Part shown: piece after piece, positions 62,555 through 64,000 of the stretch | How positions within the stretch are numbered: position 1 is the stretch's first letter | Layout: the number at the start of each line of letters is the position of its first letter | Assembly: GCA_963422645.2 (NCBI GenBank) | Contig: CAXXVO010000005.1 | Coordinates: forward strand, 32,001-96,000 | Length of the DNA stretch: 64,000 bases | From: Alphaproteobacteria bacterium | GTDB taxonomy: Bacteria > Pseudomonadota > Alphaproteobacteria > UBA828 | Direction of reading: 5' to 3' | The notes under the pieces: generated by a model | What the model saw: only the letters and a program-made list of their open reading frames with translations | What the model was told of the DNA's origin: nothing | Databases searched by the model: none | Program-made: the position numbers and the translations under genes

Positions 62555-63610
62555 TCAGCCCGCGCGCTCCTCCGGCTTCGGCGGATAAAGCCACGCCTTC
62601 GGGCGCCCCGCCGGCTCGCCGGCTGCCTCCACCTCCAGTCCCGGCGCGCGCTGCTTGGTCAGCTTCAACGTGATGTGATCGCCCGAGGTCGTGCGTCCGT
62701 AGCGCGCCGGATTGTCGGCGTTCACGCAGCTCGGCAGGCACTCGATCTCCGCGTCGTAGTTGGGCTGATGAAAGAAGATCAGCGACAGCCGGTCGAGATG
62801 CGCCCTGTCGCGGGGCGGATTGGCGATTCGGTGCATGGTCGAGCGCCAGCGGTCGTTGGTCCACTCGGCCATCAGGTCGCCGAGATTGACCGAGAAGCTG
62901 TCCGGGAACCAAGGCACGTCCTCCCACGCGCCCGATTCGGTCTGAATCTGCAGCCCGCCCACGGCGGTGTCGCAGTGCACCAGCGTCAGGCTGCCGTAGT
63001 CTGTATGGGCGCCGCCGCGAAGCTGCTCCGGCAGCGGCGCATCCGGTTGCGACGGGTAGTAGATCGCGCTGAAGTTGGTGATGTGCTCGTCGATCTTGGC
63101 CTGGAAGAAGTCCTCGGGCATGTCGAGCGCCACGGCAAAGATCCGCATGATATCGGCGGAGAGCCGCGTCATCTCGCGATAGTAGGCCTCCCACACCCTG
63201 GGCATGCCTGCCGGCTTGTCCGGCCAGATGTTCGGGGCGAAATAGCGCGCGCCGGCGGGCCCGTAGTGATACTCGTCATAGGCCGCGTCCACCGGCCCCA
63301 TGCTGTAGGCCTGCTTGAGGTCCGGCGGGCGCTCCTGGTCGAGGCTGTAGGCCAGGCTCTCCGTCCCCGGCGGCGTGTAGCCGCGATAGCGGTCGGCCGG
63401 CATCTTGTGCTTCATCTTTTCCCAGTGGGGCCGCGCGAAGAAGCCGCGCGAGACGCCGTGCATCTCGTTGATGAGCGACTTCGGCACCCCATGGCCCGCA
63501 ACCACCAACCACCCGAATTCGCGGCAGGCGTCGTCGAGCGCCTCGGCCGTCCGCACCTTGTCGGCCCTGGAGCCGTGGAGGAAGGGTTCGATATCGATCA
63601 GCGGGATCAT
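62555..63610 (-). CDS. Isopenicillin N synthase-family 2OG-Fe(II) oxygenase
   Basis: HTDYGSLT, NLGDLM..WTND...STMHR, RLSL.FF. Confidence 0.9.
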   Translation of the reverse strand: MIPLIDIEPFLHGSRADKVRTAEALDDACREFGWLVVAGHGVPKSLINEMHGVSRGFFARPHWEKMKHKMPADRYRGYTPPGTESLAYSLDQERPPDLKQAYSMGPVDAAYDEYHYGPAGARYFAPNIWPDKPAGMPRVWEAYYREMTRLSADIMRIFAVALDMPEDFFQAKIDEHITNFSAIYYPSQPDAPLPEQLRGGAHTDYGSLTLVHCDTAVGGLQIQTESGAWEDVPWFPDSFSVNLGDLMAEWTNDRWRSTMHRIANPPRDRAHLDRLSLIFFHQPNYDAEIECLPSCVNADNPARYGRTTSGDHITLKLTKQRAPGLEVEAAGEPAGRPKAWLYPPKPEERAG

Positions 63611-63703
63611 GGGCCGTCTATCCTCGTCGCGGTGCGGGAGCGCTTTCTACCCCGGCGCCGGACCCCACGCACCTGCCGCGGGCCGTGCCCCGCTCCGGCC
63701 GGC

Positions 63704-64000
63704 TCAGTTGCGCGTGCCGAGCATCTCGCGGGCCTCTGCCGGCGTCGCTGGCTCCGCCCCCAGCATGCGGACCAGCGACACCGCCTGCTCCACCAGCGCC
63801 GCGTTGGAGGGCGCGAGTGTGCCCCGTCCAAGGTAGAGATTGTCTTCGAGCCCCGTGCGGACATGGCCGCCGCTCAGCACCGAGAGGCCGGCGATGGGAA
63901 GCTGGTCGCGCGAGATACCGAAGGCCGCCCAGTGCGCGCCCTCCGGCAGCAGGCTCTTCATGTAGGAGAGCGCCTCCGGTGTCGCCGGCGCGCCCCACTC
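63704..64000 (-). CDS. Beta-keto acid cleavage enzyme (DUF849/BKACE), C-terminal part
   Basis: GGHVRTGLEDNLY, SNAALVE, ATPAEAR. Confidence 0.88.
   Translation of the reverse strand, partial: EWGAPATPEALSYMKSLLPEGAHWAAFGISRDQLPIAGLSVLSGGHVRTGLEDNLYLGRGTLAPSNAALVEQAVSLVRMLGAEPATPAEAREMLGTRN

Overview
High-GC bacterial chromosome segment. The helicase-S4-fdxA-carD cluster, DUF934/DUF2849 and a SAM-alpha riboswitch point to Alphaproteobacteria, probably Rhodospirillales-like. Housekeeping and metabolic blocks include phnW, molybdoenzyme accessory genes, a 10-gene Mrp antiporter, a decayed cys operon, GS/amidohydrolase, allE, tRNA-Arg, tRNA-Pro, metZ, livGF, a membrane Fe-S/CCG oxidoreductase fused to EtfB plus etfA, Rieske and BBOX-type oxygenases, carD, fdxA and htpG. 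An ~18.3 kb mosaic island (18744-37055) is bounded by TGT...ACA ends and cuts cysG and an N-formylglutamate amidohydrolase. It carries a Mu-like end with a gpF remnant, a 150-bp perfect inverted repeat, a serine-recombinase element, a 1734-aa DUF1998 helicase (DruE/DISARM-like), hipBA with four operators, tandem tyrosine integrases, and an IS66 interrupted by an IS110. A second IS66 copy supplies the IS110 empty site. Many frameshifts and truncations suggest IS-driven genome erosion, although some could be indel errors. No CRISPR array was seen. All family calls come from motif recognition by eye; no database searches were run.
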